Source: Octopus sinensis
Lineage: Eukaryota
Assembly (NCBI RefSeq): GCF_006345805.1
Contig: NC_042998.1
Span: forward strand, 157,542,001-157,606,000
Length of the DNA stretch: 64,000 nucleotides
Direction of reading: 5' to 3'
Part shown: positions 37,541 through 50,955 of the stretch, in pieces
How the letters are laid out: each line of letters opens with the position of its first letter
Position numbering within the stretch: position 1 is the stretch's first letter
Made by a program: the position numbers and the translations under genes
The notes under the pieces: model-generated
Told to the model about the DNA's origin: nothing
The model's database searches: none
Seen by the model: only the letters and a program-made list of their open reading frames with translations

Positions 37541-37954
37541 GGCGCAGGAGTGGCTTTGTGGTAAGTAGCTTGTTTACCAACCACATGGTTCCGGGTTCAG
37601 TCCCACTGCGTGGCACCTTGGGCAAGTGTCTTCTACTATAGCCTCGGGCCGACCAAAGCCTTGTGAGTGGATTTGGTAGACGGAAACTGAAAGAAGCCCG
37701 TCGTATATATGTACATATATATATGCGTGTGTGTGTTTGTGTGTCTGTATTTGTCCCCCTAGCATTGCTTGACAACCGATGCTGGTGTGTTTGTGTCCCC
37801 GTTACTTAGCGGTTCGGCAAAAGAGACCGATAGAATAAGTACTGGGCTTACAAAAGAATAAGTCCCGGGGTCGAGTTGCTCGATTAAAGGCGGTGCTCCT
37901 GTATGGCCGCAGTCAAATGACTGAAACAAGTAAAAGAGTAAAAGAGTAAAGAGT
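37541..37954 (+). mobile_element. tRNA-headed CORE-like SINE
   Basis: Same family as 19492-19897; A/B boxes and (GAGTAAAA)n tail. Confidence 0.92.
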
Positions 37955-37997
37955 ATGATGATGATGCTGATGATGATAATAATAATAATGTTATTAC

Positions 37998-38060
<63 letters not shown>

Positions 38061-38062
<2 letters not shown>

Positions 38063-38716
38063 GTGGACAACCTAATCTCTGGATGTAAAGTCTTAGCACC
38101 AGTGGAGTATAAATTAAGACATGACAGAGTTGGCCAATATCTACACTGGCTAATAAGTCGGCATTACAATATCAAAACTGCCGACAAGTGATATAATCAC
38201 CACCCTGAAGCTGTAACTGAAGGAGAAAATGTAACAATTCTGTGGGACCTTCCAGTACATACAGACCGAACCATCAAAGCCAATAAACTAGATATTGTTG
38301 TGAAAGACAAAAACAATAAAGTTTGCTTATTGATCGACATGAGCATCCCCTGTGTTCATAATATCTCGGCGAAAGAGTTTGACAAGCTCAGAAAATATAA
38401 AGACCTGCTCATTGAAATTGAGAAAATGTGGCATCTCAAGGCGGTTACAATACCAGTGATCGTAGGAGCACTAGGAATGATCAAGAAGGGAACCGAAAAT
38501 TATATGAGAATGATCCCTGGCTTACCATTCCTGCAAGAAGTGCAAAAGATTGTCTTAACTGGTACATCACACGTATTGAGAAGAGCATTGTCGCTGTGAG
38601 AGCTGTTACTGCCCATGTATTTTAATTTAACCTTAAAAAAAAAATTAACGAACTATTGAGCTTGGTTTAATGGCCTACCAATGTATACTATGAGTTTCTT
38701 TGCCCTAGGAGTCGGG
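38061..38716 (+). mobile_element. 5'-truncated Dong (family A), (TAA)n on both sides
   Basis: VDNLISGC..LAPVEYKLRHDRV...DIVVKDK...LLIDMSIP...GTSHVLRRALSL*. Confidence 0.92.
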
Positions 38717-38746
38717 AAAAAAAAATAATAATAATCATAATCATAA

Positions 38747-40087
38747 TCGTGACTTACAATTACTGAAATATGTAATCTTGACAGAAAAATACGAAAACTG
38801 TTGACAATGCATAGAATGCACCACCCTAAGGCAGATACAGAACGACTTTATCTGCCGAGAAAAGAGGGAGGACGTGGACAACTGGCAAAAACAATGAAGG
38901 TTGCTACAATTGGCCTAGACACGTACCTGAAAAACTCTGAGGACTGGATGTTAAAACTTGTCTCAAAACATGAAAACAAGAAAGCATCATACTAAGTAAC
39001 AAAACAGGCAAAGGAATATCGAAGTGAATTCCGAATACAACAAATTTCGGAATTAGACATACAAGAAACAAGCACAGAAAAAGCTAAGCGCATGAAAACC
39101 CGTGCTAAAACTGCGACCTTAGATATTTTGAATGATAAATGGCAAGAAAAACCTCTCTATGGCAAAAGAGAGCGAATAATGCAGATATTGACAAAGCCCT
39201 GACCCATCAATGGCTAATGGCCTCTGGCTTAAAATCTGAAACAGAAGGGTTTCTCATAGCAGCTCAAGATCAATGCCTACCAACAAGAAACTACCAGGCC
39301 AACATATTAAAGAACGGCAGTTGCCCAACATGTCGTGTATGTCAACAACCAAATGAAACCATTGATCATGTTGTCTCCAAGTGCAGTCTTCTAGCGCCTA
39401 TAGAGTATCTCAACAGGCATGATAGAGCTGCACAATATATTCACTAGGTAATTTGCAAAAACCTGGATTTGTCCCATGAAAAAAACTGGTGGGAACACAA
39501 ACCACCTCCAGTGCTTGAAAATGACCACATCTCACTCCTCTGGAACTTCACCATTCAAACTAACAGAAAGATAGATGCAAATAGGCCAGACATCATATTG
39601 AAAGACTTCAGACAAAGAACATGACTCCTCATTGATAAGACTGCCCCAATCGATATAAACATATCTGTCAAGACCTACCAAAAACTGAGCAAATATAAAG
39701 ATCTTGAAATAGAAATCAGCAAAATGTGGAACCTGAAGACTAAAACAATACCTGTTGTCATAGGTGCCCTGGGAATGATAGCAAAAGGGGCTGATTGCTA
39801 CCTAACTCAGATTCCAGGAAACCCCAAAATGGCAGAAATTTAAAAGATAGTGCTCATGGGAACTGCTCATATCCTACGCAAAAGACTTTGTATGTAATCT
39901 CAAGTTTTAAAACAAATATGATTTTCGTATGTTTTTTTTTTAGACATTCACTAGTACAACACTAAAAAAACTCCCAAATATATGGCACACTAGGCATAAC
40001 AACAACATGAACTTCCAACCTGTTGTCTCTTGAGGTCTCTGGGTGAGACTTGGAGCCACTTGTACAAATATAAAGCAAATGTCAAAC

Positions 40088-40089
<2 letters not shown>
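38747..40089 (+). mobile_element. 5'-truncated Dong (family B), (TAA)n on both sides
   Basis: MHHPKAD..RLYLPRKEGGRG...CRVC...HVVSKC...RHDRAA...RPDII...VLMGTAHILRK. Confidence 0.93.
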
Positions 40090-40125
<36 letters not shown>

Positions 40126-40153
40126 TAATAATAATAATAACAACAACAACAAC

Positions 40154-43100
40154 ACTGTGCAACAAGTGAGAGCAATAAAACACTGCTCCGAAATCTATCC
40201 AAAAACATCGGGAATAAAAACAAATGAAGTTTAAAATAACTGACAAAGTGTTGGACTATATCCGAGTAAGTAATACTCATTAAAATATATTTCTATTTTC
40301 CCAATAAAATAATGTACTTTAACTGTTTGTCACTTCTGTCACTCGTACAACACGCTCACCACACTGACAAAATGCTGGACTGTACCCGAGTGAGTAATAC
40401 TCATTAAAAGTGTTGGACTATATCCGAGTAAGTAATACTGCAATTTATTTCTCTTTCCCAAATGAAATTATGTATTTTTACTGTGTCATCTCCATCACAA
40501 AAAAATGAAAGATAAATTAAATCATACCCATTTTATTCCACCCAAGGATAACAAACGGGAAGTAGCACTTTAAAGCTGTTACACAAAAAGTACGGAAAAC
40601 TACACGTGCAAAACAATTTAACACCAGAAATGAACGGACCGACAGCCTAGAAAAATGATGAGCAACAACATGAAGGGCCGGACGTTACTCCTCATGTGAC
40701 ACAAATAGATTCAAAAACGCATAAATTGACACGTGTAGAATATATTTCAATCATACACGCTTATTTTACGGCAGTGCACTACCCTACAAATCGAAAACAC
40801 AACAATATATAATATAAAATCTCGCAGAAAAATGACCTAGATAAAGATTTAGATATAGCAATGAACCCTAATAAACCATCTAACATACGGAGATATATTC
40901 CCAAAACATCAAAAATAAATCAGAGATAGAAATAGAAAATGCATCAGGAAAACGTAGATAGTAACCATACATCAATGCAAAATAACATCATAAACACTGG
41001 GAATGTAAAGTACGATAAAAGACGTAACATGTCTAACAAAAACGAACTAAAGACAACAAACCCAGACCGGAGGAATGTATAATAATGAGCTAAATGCACC
41101 AAACCAGAACACCACAGACAAAAATATAAACGGGAGTTGGGGATAGGAAACACGTCTAAAACCTGGAAAAAGTAAAGGTGAAACTAATGATTAAGACACT
41201 CTAAAAATGAGCATAACCAAAGAATTGAACGTCACAAATATCAGTATGTATCATCGATTGTACCTCTCAAAAATAAAAATTGATGATAAAACAACATCAA
41301 GAGCATGAACCTGGCCGTAACAGAACTCATAGCCACAGAAACAAATGTCAATATAACCAGGCTAATTGATATAATTTATGCAGCAGCTTCTGTGGCCACA
41401 AAAGAAGCTGGAAACCCCTTCAAACCCATCTAAACAAGAGTATCACCCCCAAACAAACCCTGTGGATAAATAATATCCAGAAAAATAGAAAATAAAAAAG
41501 GATCTGTCAATCCTTAATGAGACTAGTAGACAATCAAAACTACTAAGCAACAAGAAGAGAAGAAAAATACTACGTAAATACAGAATTGCACAACAAGGTG
41601 TACCTGAGGTAAAAGAACAACTAAAGCAAGATATCCTAGCCAGAGCACAAAGTATCCGCCGGTATGATAAACGCCAAAGTTTCTTTGAACAAAGGAAACA
41701 ATTCAACTCCAACTCCGAAATATCCTACCAAGAACTTGGGAAAAATAAAATAGCGATCAAACAGCAGAAGAAGTGAAAGAATTTTGGAAAGAAATATGGT
41801 CAGCGAAAGAACAACCTCAGAAAAGGTCGATAAAAATAACGAATACAGCGTCTGAACAATTCTGGATCCGTATAACAACTGAAGAGGTCATCCAGGCACA
41901 GCAAAAACTAAGCAACTGGAAAGCCCTCGAGCACAACAAGATCCCCAACTTCTGGTTAAAATACCTGAGAGGAACATATGAAAAAGTGGCTGAGAGATTT
42001 AATGAAATACTAGCAGAATTAGAGACAATGTCTGAATGGCTCAAAGAAGGGAAATCTATCCAAATTCCCAAATCTGCTGAAACGTCAAACCCACAAAATA
42101 TAGACCATTGTTTTGTTTGTCTACAGTTTAAAAAGCCTTTACTGCAATAATATTGCAGAGGATGAGCAAGCATCTGGAATAAGAGAACCTGTTTCCAGAA
42201 CAGAAGGGATGCTGCAAAGGCTCATACGGCTGTAAAGATAAGTTACTAGTCAATAAGGCCATAGCTGAAGACAGCCGCAGAAAGAACAAGGGTTTAAGTA
42301 TGGCCTGGATAGATTACTTAAAGGCTTTTAATAGCATTCCCCACACATGATCCTAGAAACACTAGCCATGAACAAGGTAGCACCAATAATCATAAAATAT
42401 ATAAAACATTCCATGAATAACGTGGCAGAAAGTGCTACAGCTCCAGACGAAAGAGGGACTCATCAAAACTAAAGCCATCCCCATTAGAGGACACACTCTC
42501 TCCACTCCTTTTCTGCTTCGCACTGACACCTTTATCTGACTTGCTAAATAGAACTGGATGTGGATACAGCTGTTACGGCAAAACAATCAGCCACCTATGG
42601 ATGATCTAAAACCTTACACTACAAATGATAAACAGCTGGAAACATTACTACAAACAATACGTGGATTTACCAAAGAAATAAACATGAAATTAGGCTTAGA
42701 AAAATGTACCAAAGCAACCTTGAAAAAAGAAATCTAGTTAAGAGTTGCAACATCACACTAGATAAAACAAATGCAATACGAGAATTAGACGAAAGCCAGA
42801 CATACAAATACTTAGGAATCGATGAACTAAATACGATGCAACACACACAAATGAAAGAGTAGATGAGAAAGGAATACTATAGACGAGTTAGATTAATACT
42901 GAAATCAGAGATTAATGCGAAAAACAAGATAACAGGTTTCAACTCTCTAGCCGTCCCAGTTATAAGTTACAACTACAGTTTTCTTAACTCGACTCTAAAT
43001 GAACTAATCAATATAGATACGAAAAGAAGAAAAATAACGTCAGGATTTAGGATGCACCACCCAAAATCTGACGTAGAAATGCTATATATACAACGTATGG

Positions 43101-44154
43101 AAGGTGTTATCGGCCTTATACAACTATTACAAAATAACCACCATAGGACTACAGAAATACCTACTTCAGAAGCAAAGAAAACTAATACAAATAGCCACAA
43201 AACACGAACAAAACAAAAAGTGCTTTCCGTTTTTAAGGAAGCTGACAAATACATACAAAAAAGAAATCATAGTACCTAACGACTCTGAAGAAAAAGAAGA
43301 AGCAACAAAAGCTGTAAAACAACTTAAGCCCAAACTAAAACTGGAACAGCAACGGATCATGATAAAACGACGGCAAGAAAAGTCCCTTCATAGCAAATAC
43401 TTGATTAAACTAGACAGGAAAGGAATAGACAAAGCAAAATCCCGACTACGGTTGAGAAGCTCAGGACTCAAAGCAGAGCCCGAAGGATTTTTAATTGCAG
43501 CAGAAGTCCAAAGCTTCTCCACCAGGAATTACCAAAAGCATGTAATGAAAAGAAATACAAGTAACTGCAGAATATGTGATGAAGAAGAAACAATAAATCA
43601 TATTGTCTCTGGTTGTCCAGTCATGGTTAAGAAGGAATATATTCGCAGACACGACAGAGTTGGATTCTATATACACTGGAAGCTATGCCAACACTATGGA
43701 AAAAGATGGTAAAGGCACACTCCAGAAAAGGGTCACTGAAAATAATAGTATGGGATATGTCAATACACACAAATAGAGAAATTAAGGCCAATAGGCCGGA
43801 TGTAGTTGTCAGAGATCACCAAGAAATAATGCTTTCTAATCGATGTATCAATACCAACAGATGACAGTGTTTTTCTAAGAGAAACGGAGAAACTTTCAAA
43901 ATAAAAAGACCTGGAAATAGAGGTAACTCGAACGTGAAGACTACAAAGAGAAACAATTCCTATAATAGTAGGCGCATTAGGTATGGTAAAAAAATATTCA
44001 GACAAATACATAAGAAAACCACCAGGATTTACAAGTATATAGAACATGCAGAAAATTGCACTACTAGGCACAGCACACATCCTACATAACACACTTTCAA
44101 TACAAGCTGCGCTCGGTAGTGCAGTGAAAGCACGTGATAAAATTAAGACTACCG
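40154..44154 (+). mobile_element. Near full-length (~4 kb) R4/Dong element (family C), degenerate
   Basis: 5' UTR after (TAA)n(CAA)n, N-terminal region, RT (GCKDKLL..., MDDLK), CRIC..EETINHIVSGC...RHDRV, RPDVVV, LGTAHIL; the 3' UTR ends in AATAAT. Confidence 0.9.
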
Positions 44155-44249
44155 AATAATAATATATATACACATATACGTATGTTAAATTCAATTTACG
44201 CTGAAAGTCAACAAACAAACTTTGCTTTAGAAGTGTTGAGATGGATTAG

Positions 44250-44420
44250 AGATACAGATAAGGAAATAATTTTATCCTGAAACACAGGATAATGCTAATA
44301 ATGTAGCACCAACAGGATAAACTATCCATATTTTGTAGAAAACCTGTCGGCGGCCAGCCATGAGTCTCGAACTCGCATCCGTGTGATTATGCGTCAACCG
44401 CTTTACCATTAAGCTAAACT
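44250..44420 (-). mobile_element. Short tRNA-headed SINE; an inverted partial copy lies at 44638-44770
   Basis: Minus strand TAGCTTAATGGTAAAGC (A box) and GAGTTCGAGACTC (B box). Confidence 0.7.
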
Positions 44421-47347
44421 AATCGAAAGATAAATTCCTCTGCAAATTTAAGATATGTAAAATTAGCTTTATAAAACGCAATCGTACGTTAAATTCAGCG
44501 ATCTATTTGCAGGTCTTTGTATTTTGAAAGTTTCTTTGTTTCTTTTAGAGAAACATCATCATCTGTTGGTATTGATACATTGATTAGAAAGCATTTTTTC
44601 TTGATGATTTCTGATAACTATATCGTACGTTAAATTGAGGGTTGTGAGTTCGAGTCTCATGGCTCGCCGCTGACAGATTTTCTGCAAAATATGGATAGTT
44701 TATCCTGTTCATGCTATAGTATTAGCATTATCCTGCGTTTGAGAATAAAATCATTTCCTTATCTGTATCTTACAATAAAATGTGATAGCATTTGAAAAGT
44801 ATGTGTCTTCGTTGCTTTGTTATACTTTGTTATTTCTCATATACATATTAAGCAACTTGGCGAAAATTTATTTCCTAGAATATTTGATACGTTTTAATTC
44901 TTATATGTATTCCAAAATTTGCTGGACAAATACAACGATAAAACTAATCTTACCTTTTGCACAGTGGTCATTACGGCTATTACTATTTTAATTAAAAAAA
45001 CAAACTGAACCTATTTAGATTTGGTGCAGTTGTCGATCCTAAACACTGCTGATACTGAACAAGATGATAATCTTTCTGTGTACGTTGGTATGTTGAGCGT
45101 TTAAAGTAGTGGTACAATGATATGAATCTTCTGTCCGGGGAATTACTAAAGACAAGAATTTTAGTTTGGGTGGTAGAATCTTTTATAGTAATTGCAACTT
45201 ATGTCAGCATTAAATTACATGAAAACCTTATTGAGGTACAGAACTCATGGTGAAACATCTGAAATTAAGTAACTGTAATAACAGGTAAAGTACTGACGTT
45301 ATAAGGGAATTTCTCCTTCTCTAAGAGAAATTCAATCACTTTCTCAATCTTATCTTCCTCAATCTGATATTAGGCAGCGGATTTACCTACAATCAAAATT
45401 GCACAAATGACTTGATTTCAAAAAGAAATGCGATTGTATATCACTAACAAAAATGCAGGTAGATGGGAGGAGTGCAGAATTTGCATCAACTATAAGGCTC
45501 TTATAGAATTATGTATTATACAATTTTATAACCAGAGATAAGTTTGTTTTTAACTTTTACTAGTGTACACACTTCATTTACATATGATACAGCTGCAGTT
45601 GATATTGTTGCAAATAGTAGAATGCATTTTCAATAGTTATCGTCTACGTGAGCGTTACAGAGGTAATGAAGATTTGATATGAAGTCATGATGAAAAAGGT
45701 AGAGATCCACTGGGCTGGATCAATTTAGAATTGATCCAGCCCGGTTATTCTCACCCAGCGAAAATTTGTTTGTTGATTTATTCGTTTACTTAAACAGCAG
45801 CAGCTTGGAATTAAAACGCTGCCACATATTTTGTTAAGCCGGGAGTAGGGATCTATAAACAGCAGTGCTCACTAATACGAGAATAATATTTTTGTTATAT
45901 TTCGGTTTTCATTTATTCGAATAAGCCATTGGTAAACCTAGAATTACGTGATCATTAACAGATTTTATAGGAAATAAGTATTAGCATATCGGCTGCGTAA
46001 TAAATGTAGATTTTTATATCAAATGTAACTGAATCCATTACTTATGTTTTATATCAGTTCATTAATGTTGACATTATTATAATTATGAGTAATTCTTTTT
46101 ATCATATAGCATGAGAAATATTCAGTATATTTATTCATTTTAATTATTATCAACGGAAGTTATGCGTCATTTTGATAATATATAGTTCTCTTAGTCACAA
46201 AGCTACAAAATATGGATGAATGTGTAATCAATTATATTGATCTCCGTACCTGACTAATATTTATTTTTTCATCCCGTAATATGAAAAGTTAACAGTATTT
46301 GAAAAGAAAACCTAAATGAAATATACAAATGAAATATACAAATACAGTGTCTGCCAATCAGCCAAGTAAAATATCGATTTCTAACAAAAGTAGAGGTCAT
46401 CAATTTCAAGCCTGTTGTAGTATATTAGATCATCTCTCCTGACGTTGGTGATATTTGAACTCAGAACTTAAATGAGTTTAACTATATACACATTTTCTGA
46501 TATTATATGGATTCCATACACGTCGAGAACTGATATGCTGCTTCATGCTTTTTGTCAGTGCAATACAATATTTCACTTACTCAGAATTTTCCAGTGTAAA
46601 AACGATACGATAGAATATGGAAGCGCAATGCAGCGTTATGTATTTTTTTGTATACACAAGTTTTATAAGTTTCACATACATTACGTTATGACATTTAAAT
46701 TATTGATTACGCAATTATTCAAATGTACCATAAAAGCAGAATTCACAGCATAGATTTCGAAAAAAATTAAAACAAAAAAATGATAGGTGATTTAAATTCA
46801 TAAATATTCAACGATGCTATAAAAATTGCTGTGGAGTTTGGAAAGCACCTCATTTAAATTATATTTACAGCTATATCTCACAAAATAAACTATAGCGATC
46901 ACTAAGTATAATTTTAATAATGGCAATGTTAAAATTGATGAATTGACATTTCTAGGAACTTTTTATAAAGACTGCTGAATGCAATGTATAAATTACAGCC
47001 AGATAATCAATGTAAAATATATATCATAATAATTATCACATCGGCAAGATCATCTAGAACTTGTTAAATTGAATATACTGGATGTAGGGAGAGTCCGTCT
47101 CCCAATTATAAAATTTAAGCAATTTTATGAACTACTCAAATGTGAACTACATTTCATATAGAGATAATGGTGAGAAAAGACAATTAAGAAGGCGTTCCCG
47201 GAAATGGGTGGATTTTTGTAATATCGATAACTTTATTGTTAGAGAGAAAATATATTTAATTTAATGATTTAAATGAATTTAGGATAGGAAACAAATGCTG
47301 AGTGCGTTGGAGAAATATGCTCTATAAGTGATTGCAGATACGTGCAC

Positions 47348-47348
47348 G

Positions 47349-47393
<45 letters not shown>

Positions 47394-47406
47394 ATCTATC
47401 TATCTA

Positions 47407-47491
<85 letters not shown>

Positions 47492-47565
47492 ATGTATGTA
47501 TGCATGTCTATCTGTCTGTCTATCTCTCTGTGTGTCCGTTAGCCTGTCTGTCTATCTATCTTTCT
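47348..47565. repeat. (TCTA)n/(TCTG)n microsatellite
   Basis: Direct inspection. Confidence 0.95.
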
Positions 47566-47714
47566 ATCTCTCAACTTTGTCGTGATTTGTTGTGAAAATA
47601 CCACTGAAAAGACGATCAGAAAGCTGCAGATATGAGAAAAATATGATAAAGGACTGATAATGAAGGTCTAATTATGGTCTAATAAAGAACTGATAATGAA
47701 AGTCTAATTATGAT

Positions 47715-47733
47715 AACATGATGACGTTGATGT

Positions 47734-47768
<35 letters not shown>

Positions 47769-47922
47769 GTGACTATAATGATGATGATGATGATGATTAA
47801 TCTCAAGTTATCGAGAAAAGTTATAGCCATTTGAAGAGATGCGACAGACGATGAAAATAATTGCAATATGATGATGACAACTATGATGATGCCAATGATC
47901 ATAATGATGATGATGATGATGA

Positions 47923-48021
<99 letters not shown>

Positions 48022-48050
48022 GAGGAGGAGGAGGAGGAGGAGAAGGAGAA
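47715..48050. repeat. (GAT)n/(GAG)n compound microsatellite
   Basis: Direct inspection. Confidence 0.95.
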
Positions 48051-49140
48051 GGATTACGAGGAGGTGTAGAATGGAGATGAAAGAACAAGAAAAGCAAGAA
48101 TAAGGACAACAAAAATCTTAATTTCCGAAGAAGCAAAGTTCGTGAAAATAATTTAATCAAAATTAAATGAAGAAAATTATAACCTTCAGCAAAATCTGAA
48201 ATAAATAGAAAGTTGGTTATATTTCATCAAGTTATAATTAATTTTACCATTATAAATGCATTAAAGATATTTTCAATTCTTTAAAAATATTAACACTTTT
48301 AATGATGCCGTTCGAATGATAACTTGCAAGAAATTTACTATTCAAAATGTTTTACCAGAAGTTTGAAATTTACTCAGTGCCTAATAAATAATCTCAGCTT
48401 TCGGTATACGAAATGAAAAGCCTGGAGTTCTTTTTCCAGGAGCATGTAAGAATTTTCTAATGGTAATTATGCATATTAATCCTTAATTTCTCCTCTAGGT
48501 TAAAAATGTATCAAGAGTGTAACATACGACAATATTGTATTCAAGAGAAACATTCTATACGTGTGAAATGATTCAATAGCTTGCGGCATTCATTTTAAGC
48601 ATGTAATACTTATATTTAGCTAGGTATAATGTTGCAAAGTATAACCGTGTCACTTTTACCCGACCAACATAGATCACGAGAAATATAAAACGACAATGAA
48701 TGCAACTAAATTATACATAGGTAAAAATAATAAAACTAGACCTAATGCAAATTATTATATTTTATATTTTTTATCTGTATTTCTTTTATATTTGTCCATT
48801 AGGCTTTTTGGTCGTTTTGAATTTTCAGTCGTTATATTTAACTTTTGAATAGCCGTTCTATTTGTATTTTATTAGAATATATATTTTCACCTTCTGTGAT
48901 TTTATGTAAATATGTATTATTATTTTTTATGTGTTTGTAGACAATGGTGTTTTTTTTATAGATGATTAAATGCTTGAGGGGTGGTGTTGTATGTAAAGTC
49001 GTTGACCCAAATTTAATGTGTGTTCTATGATCAATGCTTCTTTATATTCGTCTCATATTTGTGCACTCCTTTTGCAGTCCTAAAAACCCTTTTGTTTCTA
49101 TAATAAGAGACAAATATTATTTCTTCTTGTATACATTCAT

Positions 49141-49183
<43 letters not shown>

Positions 49184-49524
49184 TGTGTGCGTGCGTGTAT
49201 ACATCTTCATAAGTTATTGCCAAAAGGATATTTCCCTGTTTATTGCTGGCAATATCTGTAACAGGTATGGAAAGATTTTAGTCATGCTACAATCAGTATG
49301 GAATTTGAAGGTGTTATAATACCTTTGTTCCATAATCAACGAGTGGATTGAACACACTACTATTTACCACACACACACACTCACACACATACACACATAT
49401 ACATGCACACACACACATGCATGCACACACCCACACACACATATATATTCAGAGAGAAAGAGAGAGATGGAGAGAGAGAGAGATGGTCATTTCCAATAAT
49501 ACGTGCGATGTCCTATTTATGATA

Positions 49525-50785
49525 CTGGGTTGGCATGATAGTAATTTCGGCATTTTAGTGTGAAATAAAAGTCATTTTGTTTCATAATCAATTCTATATT
49601 TTCCATTTTGTTTGATGACCTTTTGCCATCTTCCTGGCAACTTCACGATTCCACGCTCTTAGAACTTATGGTCCTTATCAGCCAAAATCTGAAGCAAGTG
49701 TGATTTCAGGTCATCATCATTGTCGAAAGGTTTACCATTCAAAGAATCTTGTAAACTTCAAATAAATGGTAATCTGATGGTGCAAGCCCAAGGCTATATG
49801 ATGGGTGTAACACCTCTTCCCAACCAAGCTCTAATCATTTTCACGAGTTAGCCAAGACGTCTGTGGTCTCGCGTTGTCATGGTGGAAAGCTTTCCTTTAC
49901 GATTTGCCCATTCTGGTTGTTTTTCTTTGATTGCTTCCTCCAGTTTCATTAGTTGTTGAGAGGAAACATCTGAATCGATCGTTTGATTCCTTGGAAACAG
50001 CTCAAAAAGCACGACACCTTTTGTAATCCCACCAAATTGACAGCATGAGCCTTTTTTAATGCAATTCAGCTTTTGATGTGGTTTCTGCTGTTTCATTATA
50101 CTTGGACCATGATCGTTTTCGATTGATGTTATTGCAGACAATCCATTTTTCATCATCAGTGATGATTCGTTTGAAACGAAGTTAGATCTCATTGTGTATT
50201 AGATGCATATCGCAAATATTGATTCATTGTGTTAAGTGAATCTCTTTCAATTTATGGAGAACCCAAATATCGAACTTCTTAAGTCCAAGACATTTTAAGT
50301 GATTTTCAATTGTTGTGTATGATATATTTAACCTCTCTGCAATCTTTCGCATAGTTATATGACACTCAGATTCAATTATGGCTTTGATTCGGTAATCATC
50401 AACTTCAGTAGGTCGATTAGATCATTATTCATCTTTGAGTGAAAAATCTCCAGAACAGAATTTTTAAAACTATATCTGATATGTGTGTTCTATTAAGCAA
50501 TAAACACCATAAACTTCACATATCTCTCTGTGAGCCTCAGCAGCTTTCTTGCCTTTACGGAAATAAAAAGCAAAATATAGCGAAAATGTTCGTTTTTGCA
50601 CTCCATGTTAAATTTTACACTGAACTAAGAGCTGTACTCAAAATTACGCACAATTTGCTTCTATAGTAAACTAGTAATGGCTATCAAATGTCAAAAGAAA
50701 AACTCATAACATTGAAAAAGTTATAAAAATAAAATCGTAACTTTAGCTATTTACGGAAAAAGGAATTACTTTCTTGCCAGCCCAA
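49525..50785 (-). mobile_element. Mariner transposon, full length, pseudogenised
   Basis: TIRs CTGGGTTGGCATGATAGTAATT / AATTACTTTCTTGCCAGCCCAA with TA flanks; ATG 50606 MECKNEHFRYILLF; DEKW, HDNARP, SPGLAPSDYHL. Confidence 0.93.
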
Positions 50786-50955
50786 TATTTCATCGGCATT
50801 TTATTTTTTAGCTAAAACACATTTTTGCTATGTTGCCTGTGTATTTTTGTTATTGTCACATCTCAACATTTCTGCCCATTCTGCCCTTTTTGATGTCACA
50901 CACACGCACACGCGGACACATAGGCTTATACACACACACACACATATATATATTT

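Noticed and set aside
17836-40089. Large inverted segmental duplication linking the 18-kb and 39-kb Dong-plus-SINE blocks
   Set aside because: The SINE orientation relative to Dong differs, the neighbouring Dong families differ, and the similarity stops at element boundaries.
40240-40440. CRISPR-like repeat array (also 53123-53200)
   Set aside because: Eukaryotic context, irregular or absent spacers, no cas genes; these are local tandem duplications.
46472-46753. 93-aa ORF as a small-GTPase-like exon
   Set aside because: Isolated short resemblances only, AT-rich low-complexity composition and no convincing motif.
8577-48160. Long ORFs of poly-I, N, S, L, K, E, H or M in the ORF track
   Set aside because: They are translations of trinucleotide microsatellites with no flanking coding signal.
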